Source: Candidatus Bathyarchaeota archaeon
GTDB taxonomy: Archaea; Thermoproteota; Bathyarchaeia; Bathyarchaeales; Bathycorpusculaceae
Direction: 5' to 3'
Assembly (NCBI GenBank): GCA_963826715.1
Contig: CAWGYA010000006.1
Span: 32,001 to 96,000 of the forward strand
Length of the DNA: 64,000 nucleotides
Part shown: positions 15,247 to 25,752 of the stretch, in pieces
Numbering within the stretch: the first letter of the stretch is position 1
Layout of the letters: every line of letters begins with the position of its first letter
Position numbers and translations under genes: made by a program
Notes under the pieces: model-generated
Databases searched by the model: none
Told to the model about the DNA's origin: nothing
Seen by the model: only the letters and a program-made list of their open reading frames with translations

Positions 15247-17886
15247 TTATGGTCGTTTTCTGAGCAACAGAATGGTCACAACGAACATAATGGCCACGAA
15301 TATGAAAAGCCCAGCGATTGCTGGAACAAAGTACATATCAGCCATTGATGGGGGTTGAGTTGCCGGTGGAGCTGCTGTTGGCGCTGGCTCTGCTACGGTG
15401 AAAACGGTTTCCTGATATGACGGCCAGTAACCGTTTGTGCCTCCGAATGCTGCGATCACGTAGTATGTTCCTGATATGTCTGGTGTCCAGACAAGGTTAT
15501 AGTTGCCTTTTGAATCAGTCATTGCAGTGCCAATGTCTCTGTAGTTACCGTTTGCATCTACTACACTGATGCCAACTTCAACTCCTTGGAAGGTGCTGGG
15601 CAATGGTTGCTGCTGGTAGATATAACTCATCCAATCGCCCATGTTTGCATCAGAGGAGACTGGTACGCCGTCTGGGAAGCGGGCTGCTTGTTCAATTTGA
15701 GCTGTTCCGGCTGAGAGATCAGTGACAGATCCTTCGATGATTACTGCGCTGCCAAGAACTGAAGCTTTGGGTCCAGCTTGTACTGTGGTGTAACTTGGTC
15801 CTCTGCCTAGAGTGTAGATTTGGTGGTCGTAGCTGTTGAAGAAGTTAGTGTAGCCGTCTGCAATAGCAAAGCTTTCGCCAGCGAATTCACCGGTGGCTGC
15901 GGGTAGAGTAAAGATTTCTGTTCCGTCTGTTGCATTGACTGCTCGCAATAATGCTCCTTTGTAGATTGGAGTTTGGAAAGTGTGTTCTGAAGTTACCAGA
16001 TATACCACCCCATTACCTATTGCGTTGATGAAGGTTGGATATGGTCCGGGAACTTGGAATCCGCTGTTTGTGGTGTTGCCGGGGGTGTTACCGTTTCCGT
16101 AGGTCCAAAGTACATTGCCAGTTGACATGTCATAGCAATAGAGTATGCCTGAGTAGGCACTGCTGTAGCATCGACCGTAAGCTACAACGTTAGACAATGA
16201 GCCAGGTCCGTTGCTACCATAATAGTCAAGTGCCGCTTGTGGTTCTGCAACTTTAATGAGTGCACCTGTGCGCAGATTGAAGAATGCAAATTGTTGAGTC
16301 TGTCTGTATGATTCGCAGAAGTATCCTGAGGGGTCAAGTCCAGCAAATGAGACTGTTGTGATATTGCCAGGGGGGTTGTTTACGTTTTGTCTCCAAAGAA
16401 CCGAGCCGATCATGCCTTTAGATGCATTGAGGTTGACTGCAAAGTATGTGTAGTATGTAGAGGATCCGCCTAGTGATGGGTATGAACCGTTTCTGCAAAG
16501 CAGAATATCACCGTAGATCGCGCCGAGAATGCTCGGGTTATTCGGCATTGTATTGCGCCAAGATATTGATTGGTTTTGGGTTGTTGGGTTAATCCAGTCG
16601 TACATAAAGCCGCTATTTGCTTGGATGTAAGTGCCCGTTTCATCCGTAGTTGTCATGTAATTGAGTGCGCCCATAATTGCTTGGCTCCAGAATCTGCTAG
16701 AATTCCATTGATACAGAATCCAGTCTGGGTTAGTGTTGTTGCCTTGGTTATAGAAGTTGTATTTTATCATCTCACCGCTAGGTCCAATCACACTTGTTCC
16801 AGAGGGAACATTGGTTACGTTGAATATCCAGTTGCCTGTGGCAGCATCGAAGACTTGCCCAAAGTTACTTGTGCAAAGGAATGCGGGTCTGGTTCCGTGG
16901 TAGTCGGGAGTATCCATGTCCTGTATGTAAGCAAACGAGAATGTTGGTAGGTCGCTTCGTCTCCAAATTTCTTGGCCTGTAACGAGGTCAACGCAGACGG
17001 TTGGTAAGATAAGACCAGCAGGAGCGCGGAATCCCATTGAGCCTGTAACCGAGAAGGGTTCTTGGTAGTAGATTCTTCCGTTTACGATTATTGGGTTTAC
17101 ATATCTTTGAGAGTAAGCAGTTCCTTCAAACCATGTATCACCTGGCACTTCTGAGAGGCTTCCGCCTACGACTCCGCCGATTTGACCATCCGGCTTAGTC
17201 CACATAATGTGAGAAGTCTGTGAACCAATGGCGTCTGGTGCAAACTGTCTTTGGTTTGGTCCGTTAGAGCCTCCATATCCTGGCATCCCACTACCTAACC
17301 AGTTCGAACTAATCGACCACCACATACTGTTTTGCCCAAAGATTGGTCTAGTCCAGAATTCAGATGGAAGTGGTGATAGCGGTATGTACGAGATTTGTTC
17401 GTCTTGAACTGTCAGAGTTGTTGTGGCATTGCTTGGTAGGAAGTAGTCGTTGAGGTACGCAGAGGTTGGAGAGTGTGAATAATCATTGACTTTTTGTCCG
17501 TCGAAAATAAATTGTAATGTATAGTCGCCTACTTGGTCAGGGGTAAAGGTTGCAATTTGGTTTGAGGTTGTGTCCCAAACGGTCTCAAATGTTTGGGTAG
17601 TTTTAGTGCCGTCGGGGGCTGTGATGACAAGTTTGTAATTGTGGAATCTGTAATCATTTTCGATGTTTGTATCAGGGTAGGTTGGTGTTAGAAACAGGTA
17701 TATAGGCTCTTGCTGTCCTATGCCGATTGGGTTTATTGTGGCGTATATATGCGCAAACGTTGGAACCTCCCATGAAGGTGTATGTGCTGCGGCGTCTGGC
17801 ATCATAATTGCTGAAGCTGATATCGATACAATAAGCAATATTGCAATACTAATAGTAGATAATTTTCTAAAATATTTTGTTTGCAT
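15247..17886 (-). CDS. secreted PQQ-binding-like beta-propeller repeat protein with C-terminal membrane anchor
   Basis: Signal peptide; propeller motifs CVDLVTGQEIW and YCYDMSTGNVLWTY; Pro/Thr linker and TM ending in RKRP. Confidence 0.85.
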   Translation of the reverse strand: MQTKYFRKLSTISIAILLIVSISASAIMMPDAAAHTPSWEVPTFAHIYATINPIGIGQQEPIYLFLTPTYPDTNIENDYRFHNYKLVITAPDGTKTTQTFETVWDTTSNQIATFTPDQVGDYTLQFIFDGQKVNDYSHSPTSAYLNDYFLPSNATTTLTVQDEQISYIPLSPLPSEFWTRPIFGQNSMWWSISSNWLGSGMPGYGGSNGPNQRQFAPDAIGSQTSHIMWTKPDGQIGGVVGGSLSEVPGDTWFEGTAYSQRYVNPIIVNGRIYYQEPFSVTGSMGFRAPAGLILPTVCVDLVTGQEIWRRSDLPTFSFAYIQDMDTPDYHGTRPAFLCTSNFGQVFDAATGNWIFNVTNVPSGTSVIGPSGEMIKYNFYNQGNNTNPDWILYQWNSSRFWSQAIMGALNYMTTTDETGTYIQANSGFMYDWINPTTQNQSISWRNTMPNNPSILGAIYGDILLCRNGSYPSLGGSSTYYTYFAVNLNASKGMIGSVLWRQNVNNPPGNITTVSFAGLDPSGYFCESYRQTQQFAFFNLRTGALIKVAEPQAALDYYGSNGPGSLSNVVAYGRCYSSAYSGILYCYDMSTGNVLWTYGNGNTPGNTTNSGFQVPGPYPTFINAIGNGVVYLVTSEHTFQTPIYKGALLRAVNATDGTEIFTLPAATGEFAGESFAIADGYTNFFNSYDHQIYTLGRGPSYTTVQAGPKASVLGSAVIIEGSVTDLSAGTAQIEQAARFPDGVPVSSDANMGDWMSYIYQQQPLPSTFQGVEVGISVVDANGNYRDIGTAMTDSKGNYNLVWTPDISGTYYVIAAFGGTNGYWPSYQETVFTVAEPAPTAAPPATQPPSMADMYFVPAIAGLFIFVAIMFVVTILLLRKRP

Positions 17887-18112
17887 TTTTTCGTTTCCTG
17901 AATTTTTGTAATTGCCTATATCGTTCCATTTTGTTTATAAATTTATGGTAAAAGCGTTTTAAGATTAGCAATTTTACTCTTAGTATTGTAATATATTGGA
18001 CGGTTAATTATGTAAAGAACAGTTTTTTTGGGAAATCAAATTGTATTTCGTCAGCTTTTTTCTTTAAATATTAGAGTTATTTGCTTTCTAAGCAAAAGAG
18101 GACACGATACAA

Positions 18113-18421
18113 ATGCAACTAGAAGAGATGAAAAAGGAAATCGAAAAACTCGTCTTATCCAAAGGTTTTTACAACCGCCCCGAAGACATTCCCAAAAAAC
18201 TGCTCTTCGCATTCATAGAGCTAGGCGAAGCCAGCGACGCATGGAAAAAAGGGATGTCACAAGAGAAAATCGCCGAGGAATTAATCGATGTGCTCTTCTA
18301 CATCCTAGACACCAGCCGATTAGCCTGCCCAGACCTGAATATGGACGAAGTATTCCAGAAAAAACTTGAGAAGAATCTAAACCGGCCCTTCCAATATGGG
18401 GAGGGACACCGCCAAAAATAG
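18113..18421 (+). CDS. MazG-like nucleotide pyrophosphohydrolase
   Basis: ELGEASD..K..EELIDV, KLEKN..R. Confidence 0.85.
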   Translation: MQLEEMKKEIEKLVLSKGFYNRPEDIPKKLLFAFIELGEASDAWKKGMSQEKIAEELIDVLFYILDTSRLACPDLNMDEVFQKKLEKNLNRPFQYGEGHRQK

Positions 18422-18487
18422 TGATAAACATCAAGAAGCAGCGACATACATTTTTATCGTAAAATTACCATTTGGCAGTGACACAAA

Positions 18488-18913
18488 GTGGACTACACTT
18501 ATCCAACAAACGTCGCCTTCAGCTGCAATTGCTGTGGGTTATGCTGTGGCAACACTCCCAACAAGACACGTCATATTCTACTTTTGGAGCGTGAAGCAGA
18601 TGAGATTTCCGAGCAGACAGGTTTACCTATTGAAGAGTTCGCAGCTGAATCCTCAAACAGCACACCATATATGTATGAGATGAGAAAACCCTATGATGGT
18701 AAATGCTTTTTTCTCAAGGACAACCGGTGTAGCATCTATGATGCGAGACCATTAATCTGCCGATTCTACCCATTCGAGCTCCGGTACAATAAAGACAAAA
18801 ACACTCATGTTTTCAATTACACACTCGAATGCCCAGTTATCAACAAAGGCAAAACAGTGACAAAGAAGGATTTTGACGAGCTATTTTTTTTGGCTGAGCA
18901 ACGATTACGTTAG
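18488..18913 (+). CDS. YkgJ family cysteine cluster protein
   Basis: CNCCGLCC, CFFL..CSIYDARPLICRFYPF. Confidence 0.88.
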   Translation: MDYTYPTNVAFSCNCCGLCCGNTPNKTRHILLLEREADEISEQTGLPIEEFAAESSNSTPYMYEMRKPYDGKCFFLKDNRCSIYDARPLICRFYPFELRYNKDKNTHVFNYTLECPVINKGKTVTKKDFDELFFLAEQRLR

Positions 18914-19386
18914 ATTTGCCCCAAAACATCATTTTGTTCTATTGTGACTCCGCAATAGTAGCATTTGAGTAGCAACGGATCTTCGGTTTTAACTTGGAAT
19001 TTGGATACAATAGGTTCGTTGCTATTGCTTACACAACTGGGGTTAGTACATTTTACTATACCCTCAATGTTTTGAGGAAGTTTAACCTCCAACTTTTTTT
19101 CCACCAAGTAATTGTGAATAATGTTTATGGAGGCATGAGGTGCTACCAAGGCTATGCGGTTAACTTCCTGAGCGTTGAGTTCTTTACGCTCGATTTTTAT
19201 GATGTCTTTTACACCGAAGCTCTTGCTAGGTACATTAATTGCGATGGTCATCACCCGCCGTTCTTTTCCGGTTATCCCCAAAATTTTTACCACATCCAAA
19301 GCAAAACCGCCGCGTATGTGGTCAATAACTGTACCATCCTTGATTTTTGAAACCCGCAATTCCCGCTCGCTCAAGTTAACTCCCAA
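18910..19386 (-). CDS. pyrI: aspartate carbamoyltransferase regulatory subunit
   Basis: LRVSKIKDGTVIDHI, KDIIKIE, CTNPSCVSN, CYYC. Confidence 0.95.
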   Translation of the reverse strand: MGVNLSERELRVSKIKDGTVIDHIRGGFALDVVKILGITGKERRVMTIAINVPSKSFGVKDIIKIERKELNAQEVNRIALVAPHASINIIHNYLVEKKLEVKLPQNIEGIVKCTNPSCVSNSNEPIVSKFQVKTEDPLLLKCYYCGVTIEQNDVLGQI

Positions 19387-19441
19387 TTAGGCTATGCAGA
19401 GCTACCAAATAAGAATTTACTTACACAAGAAGAGAGAAAAG

Positions 19442-20155
19442 TTAAGAACGCAGATTAATAACAGTTGTACCTGCGAACTTGTCAAAGTACCGCATAAATG
19501 CGGGACTTCTTATGCGCCAACCCAGCAACAAATCAAAAGGCAAAAGAGGTAAAACCTTGCCAAAGTTGCGCACTGCAGCGTGGTCATAAGACATTTTTTT
19601 CCCATCAGTTCGAACCACCTTTAATCCTAGAAGACGTTTTCCAATACTTTGACCGTTAAAACCTTCTAATAGAGTTGAATAGAACCAAAGCACACCCACA
19701 GTAATGAAAAGAACTGTACTGATTTCTCCGCCTAAAAAGTCAGCCGACGAAAACGAGAAAATCTGTGGAATAATTGTGATTGCCACAGTTATGGCGAAGA
19801 TAAACGCGAAGTCAAAAACAAAAGCGAAAGCACGCTTTTCGATAGAAGCAAGCGGAAGCGAAAAGGCTTTACCCTGTACATCAGCGACTTCTGCCCAGCT
19901 ACCAACATCGTGGATAACACGGACAGCACTTTCTCCTGCTCTGCTAAGCCTATATTTGCCATTTGATGTCTGCTCTATGAAGGGCGCAAGAGAACGGAGA
20001 TGAAAGCTAAGTTTACCTGTATCAACCTTGAGCAAATTCAGCAGATCTGTGAAGGAGGATTCGCCATTGTCGCTAAGGTCAAGTAGAATTTCCCTTCGAA
20101 GAGGATGTGAAAGGACAGAAAGAACCTTTGAAACGTTTTCTTCATTCACTGCCAT
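19442..20155 (-). CDS. ArsR-type HTH fused to an RDD membrane domain
   Basis: LSHPLRREIL..LSFHL at the N-terminus; KRAFAFVFD and GQSIGKRLLGLKVV RDD motifs. Confidence 0.85.
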   Translation of the reverse strand: MAVNEENVSKVLSVLSHPLRREILLDLSDNGESSFTDLLNLLKVDTGKLSFHLRSLAPFIEQTSNGKYRLSRAGESAVRVIHDVGSWAEVADVQGKAFSLPLASIEKRAFAFVFDFAFIFAITVAITIIPQIFSFSSADFLGGEISTVLFITVGVLWFYSTLLEGFNGQSIGKRLLGLKVVRTDGKKMSYDHAAVRNFGKVLPLLPFDLLLGWRIRSPAFMRYFDKFAGTTVINLRS

Positions 20156-20315
20156 GCTTTAAAACCATGCACTAACCTACTAATGATACCTTTTTGAGGT
20201 AGCTCTAGCCTATAACATCTAAAGTTATAGACTCTCCCATATAAGGAACACTCAAAAAACTCTATTAAACATGAACTTAATGTGAATAATCAAAAACCCC
20301 CTAATAAACGGTTAG

Positions 20316-21221
20316 TTGATTATGTCAAGCGCCGAAAACGCAGTTCAAGTATACAGAGAGCTAGAAAGCGAAGACCTCAGAGTACTCCATATCATTGAAG
20401 CTGCCATGGCAAAACGGGAATTCGTTCCAACTGAGCAAATCCTCAAATACGCCAAAGTGCCCCTCGACCGCATCACCTTCACCTTAAGCAAACTACACAA
20501 ACTCGGCATAATATACCAAAGCAAAGGCGCCTATGTTGGCCATACTCTTAACTATGCAGGATACGATTGCCTCGCCATAAATACACTAGTTAAAGCTAAC
20601 ATCATCTCTTCATTTGGACATATCCTCGGTGTAGGCAAAGAGGCGGACGTGTACGATGCATTAAGCCAAGATGAGAAACGTATTGCCGTCAAATTCCACC
20701 GGTTAGGCAGAATCAGTTTTCGACAAACCCGCCGTAAGCGTGGTTACATCCGTGAACATTCCACCTGGCTTTTTCAGTCACATCTTGCGGCAGAGAAAGA
20801 ATTCCAAGCCATGAAGATAGTTTATGAATGTGGAGTTTCCGTGCCAGAGCCCATCAGCCAAAACCGCCATGTAATAGCAATGGGTATGATTGAAGGCGCC
20901 CAGCTGATCAAGTACAAAGATATCGGGAACCCCCAAACTGTTCTTAGGGAAATATTGAGAAACGTCAAAAAAACATACACAAAAGCGCACATTATTCATG
21001 CTGACCTTAGCGAATACAACATCATACTCGAGCCTGAAGGACACATACTGATTATCGACTGGCCACAGGCGGTTAAGACCGACCATGCCAACGCTAAGGA
21101 ACTAATGGAACGCGATCTAAAAAATGTACTTACTTATTTCAGCCGCAAATTTAGCATAGATCTAACTGTGAAAGAAGCATATGAATATGTAACAGGGGAA
21201 GCTAAAAAGCTACCCGTTTAG
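20316..21221 (+). CDS. rio2: RIO2 serine/threonine protein kinase
   Basis: N-terminal wHTH, GYDCLA, GVGKEADVY, KFHRLGRISF, HADLSEYNI, IDWPQ. Confidence 0.93.
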   Translation: MIMSSAENAVQVYRELESEDLRVLHIIEAAMAKREFVPTEQILKYAKVPLDRITFTLSKLHKLGIIYQSKGAYVGHTLNYAGYDCLAINTLVKANIISSFGHILGVGKEADVYDALSQDEKRIAVKFHRLGRISFRQTRRKRGYIREHSTWLFQSHLAAEKEFQAMKIVYECGVSVPEPISQNRHVIAMGMIEGAQLIKYKDIGNPQTVLREILRNVKKTYTKAHIIHADLSEYNIILEPEGHILIIDWPQAVKTDHANAKELMERDLKNVLTYFSRKFSIDLTVKEAYEYVTGEAKKLPV

Positions 21222-21481
21222 TGTATATTCGCGTTTAAAACTATGTAAAGGATGTTGTTTCCGCGGAGCAACACGTTACCATAGTTAGTCATGAGCTGGT
21301 CTTCTTTGAATTCAGTGGCGCCTTCCAAGAGAAGGTTCATGTGCCCGTCGCACTTAATCATTTTACCTTTGTATTCATAGCCGTTTTTGAGAACAACTTC
21401 AATGTTACCATGCAATTGTTTAATGAGCACGTTTAATGGTTTTTTACTTGGTTCCATCATCATGTCGATGACCTTGTCCAT
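21218..21481 (-). CDS. Sm-like archaeal protein (Lsm/SmAP)
   Basis: EVVLKNG..YKGKM..CDGHMNLLL, LLRGNNI; start uncertain. Confidence 0.92.
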   Translation of the reverse strand: MDKVIDMMMEPSKKPLNVLIKQLHGNIEVVLKNGYEYKGKMIKCDGHMNLLLEGATEFKEDQLMTNYGNVLLRGNNILYIVLNANIH

Positions 21482-21643
21482 TCCTTGTATTACCCATGAT
21501 CCTCTTACCAAATATAAAAGGCTTATGAAAAACATTCCAAAACGGTATAAACAAAAGAGTGCTTCATAAGCATAAAATGCTTAATTTGAAAAAATACGCA
21601 ACTAAATTTTTTCTGAGGTCCTTTAAAATAAAAAATGGTGGTT

Positions 21644-21898
21644 CTAAAGTTTTGAAAGTATCGATAGGGCAGCAACCACAAGGAATGCTATACCAGTCCA
21701 AAACAAATCTCCACCTGTTAAAAAATAAACAACTATTGCAACAAGAATCGCTGGTATAAGCACTATGAAGAGCTTGATGAGGACAATTATCACTAAACCT
21801 ATGATTACAAGGATAATTAGAAATGTTAAGTCCAATCCTCCGAGCCCCAGACTACTAAGTATGGAGTAGACCATTGCCATCAGAATAGGAAGTGTCAT
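21644..21898 (-). CDS. small membrane protein
   Basis: 84 aa, almost entirely hydrophobic; AAGGAG upstream. Confidence 0.7.
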   Translation of the reverse strand: MTLPILMAMVYSILSSLGLGGLDLTFLIILVIIGLVIIVLIKLFIVLIPAILVAIVVYFLTGGDLFWTGIAFLVVAALSILSKL

Positions 21899-21961
21899 AT
21901 TTTTTCTCCTTAAAGAAAAATCAATAATATGAAAGTAATATAGTTTTCCAAACTGGCTACG

Positions 21962-22432
21962 CTAACTCATTTTTCCGTGCAGTTTAGTAAGAACCTCTTG
22001 CTCAACCCATTTTTCTCCCTGCAGTGTCAATTTAAAGTCAGGTTTGCTGGGATCAGGCTTAAAAACTTGACCACGCTTTGTCATCTCGTTAACCCGCGCT
22101 GGAACCATAACTTTTAAACCGCTTGACTCAAGGAGCTTTTGCACCTGCGCCGCCGTGTTCTTCCTATCATCTGAAGCATACAAAATGAGTCCAACAGATT
22201 CGTAATGCGTAAGATTTTCTCGAGTAACTATAACGGGACCTTCAGTTGTTGCTTCAACTATGCCCTTAAGCTGGGCACCTGAGGGTGTTAAGCGGTTCGC
22301 AACGAAGTCGGAGAGTTTCTCAACGAAGTCTTCAGGCATGTCAGCAAGCACATCGAGAATTTCCCTTGGAGTATCAGCTTGTATAACGACTTCGCCAAAA
22401 GCAGTTTTTACACGAGCTTCAATATACTTCAA
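21962..22432 (-). CDS. hypothetical protein, possible C-terminal winged helix
   Basis: 156-aa ORF downstream of gatE; GAGGT upstream. Confidence 0.75.
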   Translation of the reverse strand: MKYIEARVKTAFGEVVIQADTPREILDVLADMPEDFVEKLSDFVANRLTPSGAQLKGIVEATTEGPVIVTRENLTHYESVGLILYASDDRKNTAAQVQKLLESSGLKVMVPARVNEMTKRGQVFKPDPSKPDFKLTLQGEKWVEQEVLTKLHGKMS

Positions 22433-22500
22433 ATAGACGACCTCGATTAAAGTTATACGTCTAGATTACTTTTAGGATTTGCGGCTAAAACAAAAAGATA

Positions 22501-24399
22501 TCATTTGAGCCTCTCCCGAAGCAACTTCCCAACGAGTTCGGGGTTAGCTTTGCCTCGAACTTCTTTCATAGCGGCACCCATCAGCATACCAAAAACATTC
22601 TTTCCAAGGTTTGCAATTTGAATTTGGTTGGCCAAGATTATACGATCAATCACCGGCACTAAATCTTCTTCAGTGAACATTTTCAATCCCAAAGCAGCAG
22701 TTGCTTCGACTACGGTTTTACCTTCATTTTTAGCAATCCAGCTAAACACATCTGAGAGAGCTTCTTTAGCAAGTTCACCGGAGTCTACTGCTGCAAAGAT
22801 GCCACGAATTTGGTCGTCGGAAACATTTTCCACTAGAACACCATCGCGTTTAAGTGCCTTCAAGGTTTCTGTTAGAAACGCAGCCACTGAAGATGTTGCA
22901 ACCCTGCTAGTTCGAGCAGTTTCCTCAAAGATCCCTATGTATTCAGAGTCGACAAGCTGCTTGGCAAGTTTCTCGTTTAACCCATATTGCTCGACTAGCC
23001 GCGCAAGTTTTTTGTCGGCGGGGTCAGGCAAATTATCCTTAATGGCTTCAACAAGCTCAGTAGTTATCTCTTGTGGCGGTATATCAGTTTCAGGATACAT
23101 GCGAGCGGCACCAGGGCGCGGACGCATATACCGGGTCGTACCATCATCCTTAGCGGTACGCGTCTCCTGAGGTATTCCCAAGCAGGCTTCCTGCGCCCGG
23201 TCCACGACAGCTTTGAGAGCGCCACTAGTATTTTCTACGGTGTCAGCCACGAAAATCACAGCGTCACGCTCTCCTGCAAAGGCTGCCTTTCGAAGTGCAG
23301 CTATCTCTTCGGAGGTAATGCCGTAGTTCGCGAGGTTTTCGTCAGTATGAAAAATGCCGCCAACTCTACCCCAGAATTTAGCGCGATCTGAGAGTTCGCT
23401 CCCAAATCTGAAGTTAGGCATCAACTCTTTTCCGGTTAAACCTGCAAACCCCGGGAGCTTTACAGCAAGAACCTTTTGTTTTTTATCTACTGCCTTGCGG
23501 ATAACCTTACTCTTAGTTTCCTTAAAAATAGCAGTTACGTCTACAAAGTCCGCCTTAAGCGATTCTGCGGTGATACCGCGCTTGGCGAGTTCCCCTATGA
23601 TGGCGATTAAGCCTAGCTGCCGTTGAACCTCATAATCAACCACCGTAGAAATAAGCTCAAGCTCCTGCACACCTTTGATTTCGATAAGGGCACCATTTGG
23701 CAAAGAAACGTTTAGGTCCTGACGAATAGTTCCCAATCCCCGCATAACCTTACCTGTGTCACGCAATATTCTACCTATAGCAAACGCGACTTCTTGGGCT
23801 TCCTGTGGAGAGTAAATCACAGGTGCTGTAGCGACTTCAATTAGAGGGATCCCGAGACGGTCAATGCGGTAGCGAATAGTTTTCCCTTCATCCTGCGTTC
23901 CAGTTTTGCGAGCAGCGTCCTCTTCAAGACTAGCGGCTTGCATAGGGATGGTTTTATCGCCAACTTTTATCCAGCCATCAAGAGCAATAATAGCAGTACG
24001 TTGAAACCCCGTTGTATTGGAACCATCTATAACGGTTTTACGCATTACATGTACTTCGTCAACAGGCTGCATATTCATCATCAAAGAAGCCGTTAAAACA
24101 ACTTTCACCGCTTCAAAATCAATTGGATGCGGCGGTTCCTCGTCCATCTCAACAAGACAGCTGCTTTGACTATTGGCTTCGTAGAGGATTCTAACGCCTT
24201 TCTGGAACTCAAAGTAAGCGGCAGGGTCCACTTGCCCAAGTTCGCTCTGGGTGGGTCTTAGGCGGCGCAGAAAAGTTATTTCGGGTTCTTCCTTGAACAA
24301 AATAGGGGGACAACTACAGAATAGTTTGCTGTTAACTGCAAGTTGCTGATGTATCTCTAAACCGACTTTTAAGCCAACTTTGGCATAATCAATGGTCAT
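22501..24399 (-). CDS. gatE: Glu-tRNA(Gln) amidotransferase subunit E
   Basis: GLKVGLEIHQQL, DGSNTTGFQRT, RGLGTIRQD, RPGAARMYPETD. Confidence 0.97.
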   Translation of the reverse strand: MTIDYAKVGLKVGLEIHQQLAVNSKLFCSCPPILFKEEPEITFLRRLRPTQSELGQVDPAAYFEFQKGVRILYEANSQSSCLVEMDEEPPHPIDFEAVKVVLTASLMMNMQPVDEVHVMRKTVIDGSNTTGFQRTAIIALDGWIKVGDKTIPMQAASLEEDAARKTGTQDEGKTIRYRIDRLGIPLIEVATAPVIYSPQEAQEVAFAIGRILRDTGKVMRGLGTIRQDLNVSLPNGALIEIKGVQELELISTVVDYEVQRQLGLIAIIGELAKRGITAESLKADFVDVTAIFKETKSKVIRKAVDKKQKVLAVKLPGFAGLTGKELMPNFRFGSELSDRAKFWGRVGGIFHTDENLANYGITSEEIAALRKAAFAGERDAVIFVADTVENTSGALKAVVDRAQEACLGIPQETRTAKDDGTTRYMRPRPGAARMYPETDIPPQEITTELVEAIKDNLPDPADKKLARLVEQYGLNEKLAKQLVDSEYIGIFEETARTSRVATSSVAAFLTETLKALKRDGVLVENVSDDQIRGIFAAVDSGELAKEALSDVFSWIAKNEGKTVVEATAALGLKMFTEEDLVPVIDRIILANQIQIANLGKNVFGMLMGAAMKEVRGKANPELVGKLLRERLK

Positions 24400-25752
24400 T
24401 TATCGGTCTCCTTCAAACGTAAGCGACCCCTCTTGGGGTAGCGTGCGAGATGAGTATTCTCCTGCGATATTGGTTTTCAGTAATTTGATTGCTTCTTGAG
24501 GGTCTTCGGTTTGTCCCAATGACCACATAAGTTTTACTAACGCTGTTTCAGGAAACATGTTCTCAAGTGGCACCACGCCAAACGATTGCAGATCTCGACC
24601 TGTGTCATAGACGTTCATATTCACCCTACCCCAAATGCACTGAGAAGCCAAAGCAATCACCAAACCTTCTGCTGAGGCGCGTTTGATGGCGTCAAAGCAG
24701 TATTTGTTCACATGCCCCAACCCCGAACCTTCCAAAAGGATACCTTTCATGCCTCGTTTAACGTAGAAGTCGATGACTGCTGGATCAAGTCCCGGATGGA
24801 ATTTAACTAATGCTACTTTGTCGCTGAATTTTGGTTTTAGGGTTAGTTTGCGGTTCGGGTCTCTTTTCTGGTAGTTACCGTTTATCATGGTTACTTGGAG
24901 GTTTTGGACTTTTGCTATGGGGAAACCGTTGATGGATTTGAAGGTGTCTCTGCGGCTAGTATGACATTTGCGCACCTTGACTCCACGATGTACTACGATT
25001 GCGGTGTCAGAAACCGTCTGGTGCATGGCTAAGCCGACTTCGGCAAACGGTGCTTGGCCTGCAGCTTTTACTGCGGCTATGAGGTTGGTTGCTGCGTCGC
25101 TACTTGGGCGATCAGAAGAGCGTTGAGCACCAACCAGGATAACAGGAACAGGTAAGTTCTGAATTGCAAAACTCAATGCCGCTGAAGTATATGCCATTGT
25201 GTCGGTACCATGTGCAATCACAACACCGTCCACGCCCTCGTCTATGCGCTGTGACACTTTTTTTGCGAGTTCTGTCCAGTCTTGCGGACGGAGGTTTTCG
25301 CTGTAGATGCTGAAAACAATTTCTGTGTCCACACGTGCGACATCGGCTAGCTCAGGCACTACACCGTAGAGGTCACTTGCAGACATGGCGGAACGGACGG
25401 CTCCCGTGCGGTAATCCACGCGGCTGGCTATGGTTCCACCGGTACTCATTATAACTACATGTGGCAGGTTAGGGTTCTGCTTTGGCAATGGAGGCGCGAC
25501 AAAAGTGGGTTTTGGTCCAATACCAATTTTCTCAACCTTAACTTCGGATGTGGCTTCTATACCGATGTTGTAACCGCTCTTCATTTTGATTATTATAGCT
25601 GAGCCTTCCCCGAAGCGGGGGATAAGGATACCCTCCAAGGTTTTACCTTTACTATTGACTTTTAAAATGTCGCCGACACTACAATCTGCCATCTTTAACA
25701 TCTCTAGTGCCTTGCCTCGGTAACCTGAAGCTTCAAGATCACTCATATTCAA
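24400..25752 (-). CDS. gatD: Glu-tRNA(Gln) amidotransferase subunit D
   Basis: TGGTIASRVDYRTG, HGTDT, GAQRSSDRPSSD. Confidence 0.97.
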   Translation of the reverse strand: MNMSDLEASGYRGKALEMLKMADCSVGDILKVNSKGKTLEGILIPRFGEGSAIIIKMKSGYNIGIEATSEVKVEKIGIGPKPTFVAPPLPKQNPNLPHVVIMSTGGTIASRVDYRTGAVRSAMSASDLYGVVPELADVARVDTEIVFSIYSENLRPQDWTELAKKVSQRIDEGVDGVVIAHGTDTMAYTSAALSFAIQNLPVPVILVGAQRSSDRPSSDAATNLIAAVKAAGQAPFAEVGLAMHQTVSDTAIVVHRGVKVRKCHTSRRDTFKSINGFPIAKVQNLQVTMINGNYQKRDPNRKLTLKPKFSDKVALVKFHPGLDPAVIDFYVKRGMKGILLEGSGLGHVNKYCFDAIKRASAEGLVIALASQCIWGRVNMNVYDTGRDLQSFGVVPLENMFPETALVKLMWSLGQTEDPQEAIKLLKTNIAGEYSSRTLPQEGSLTFEGDR

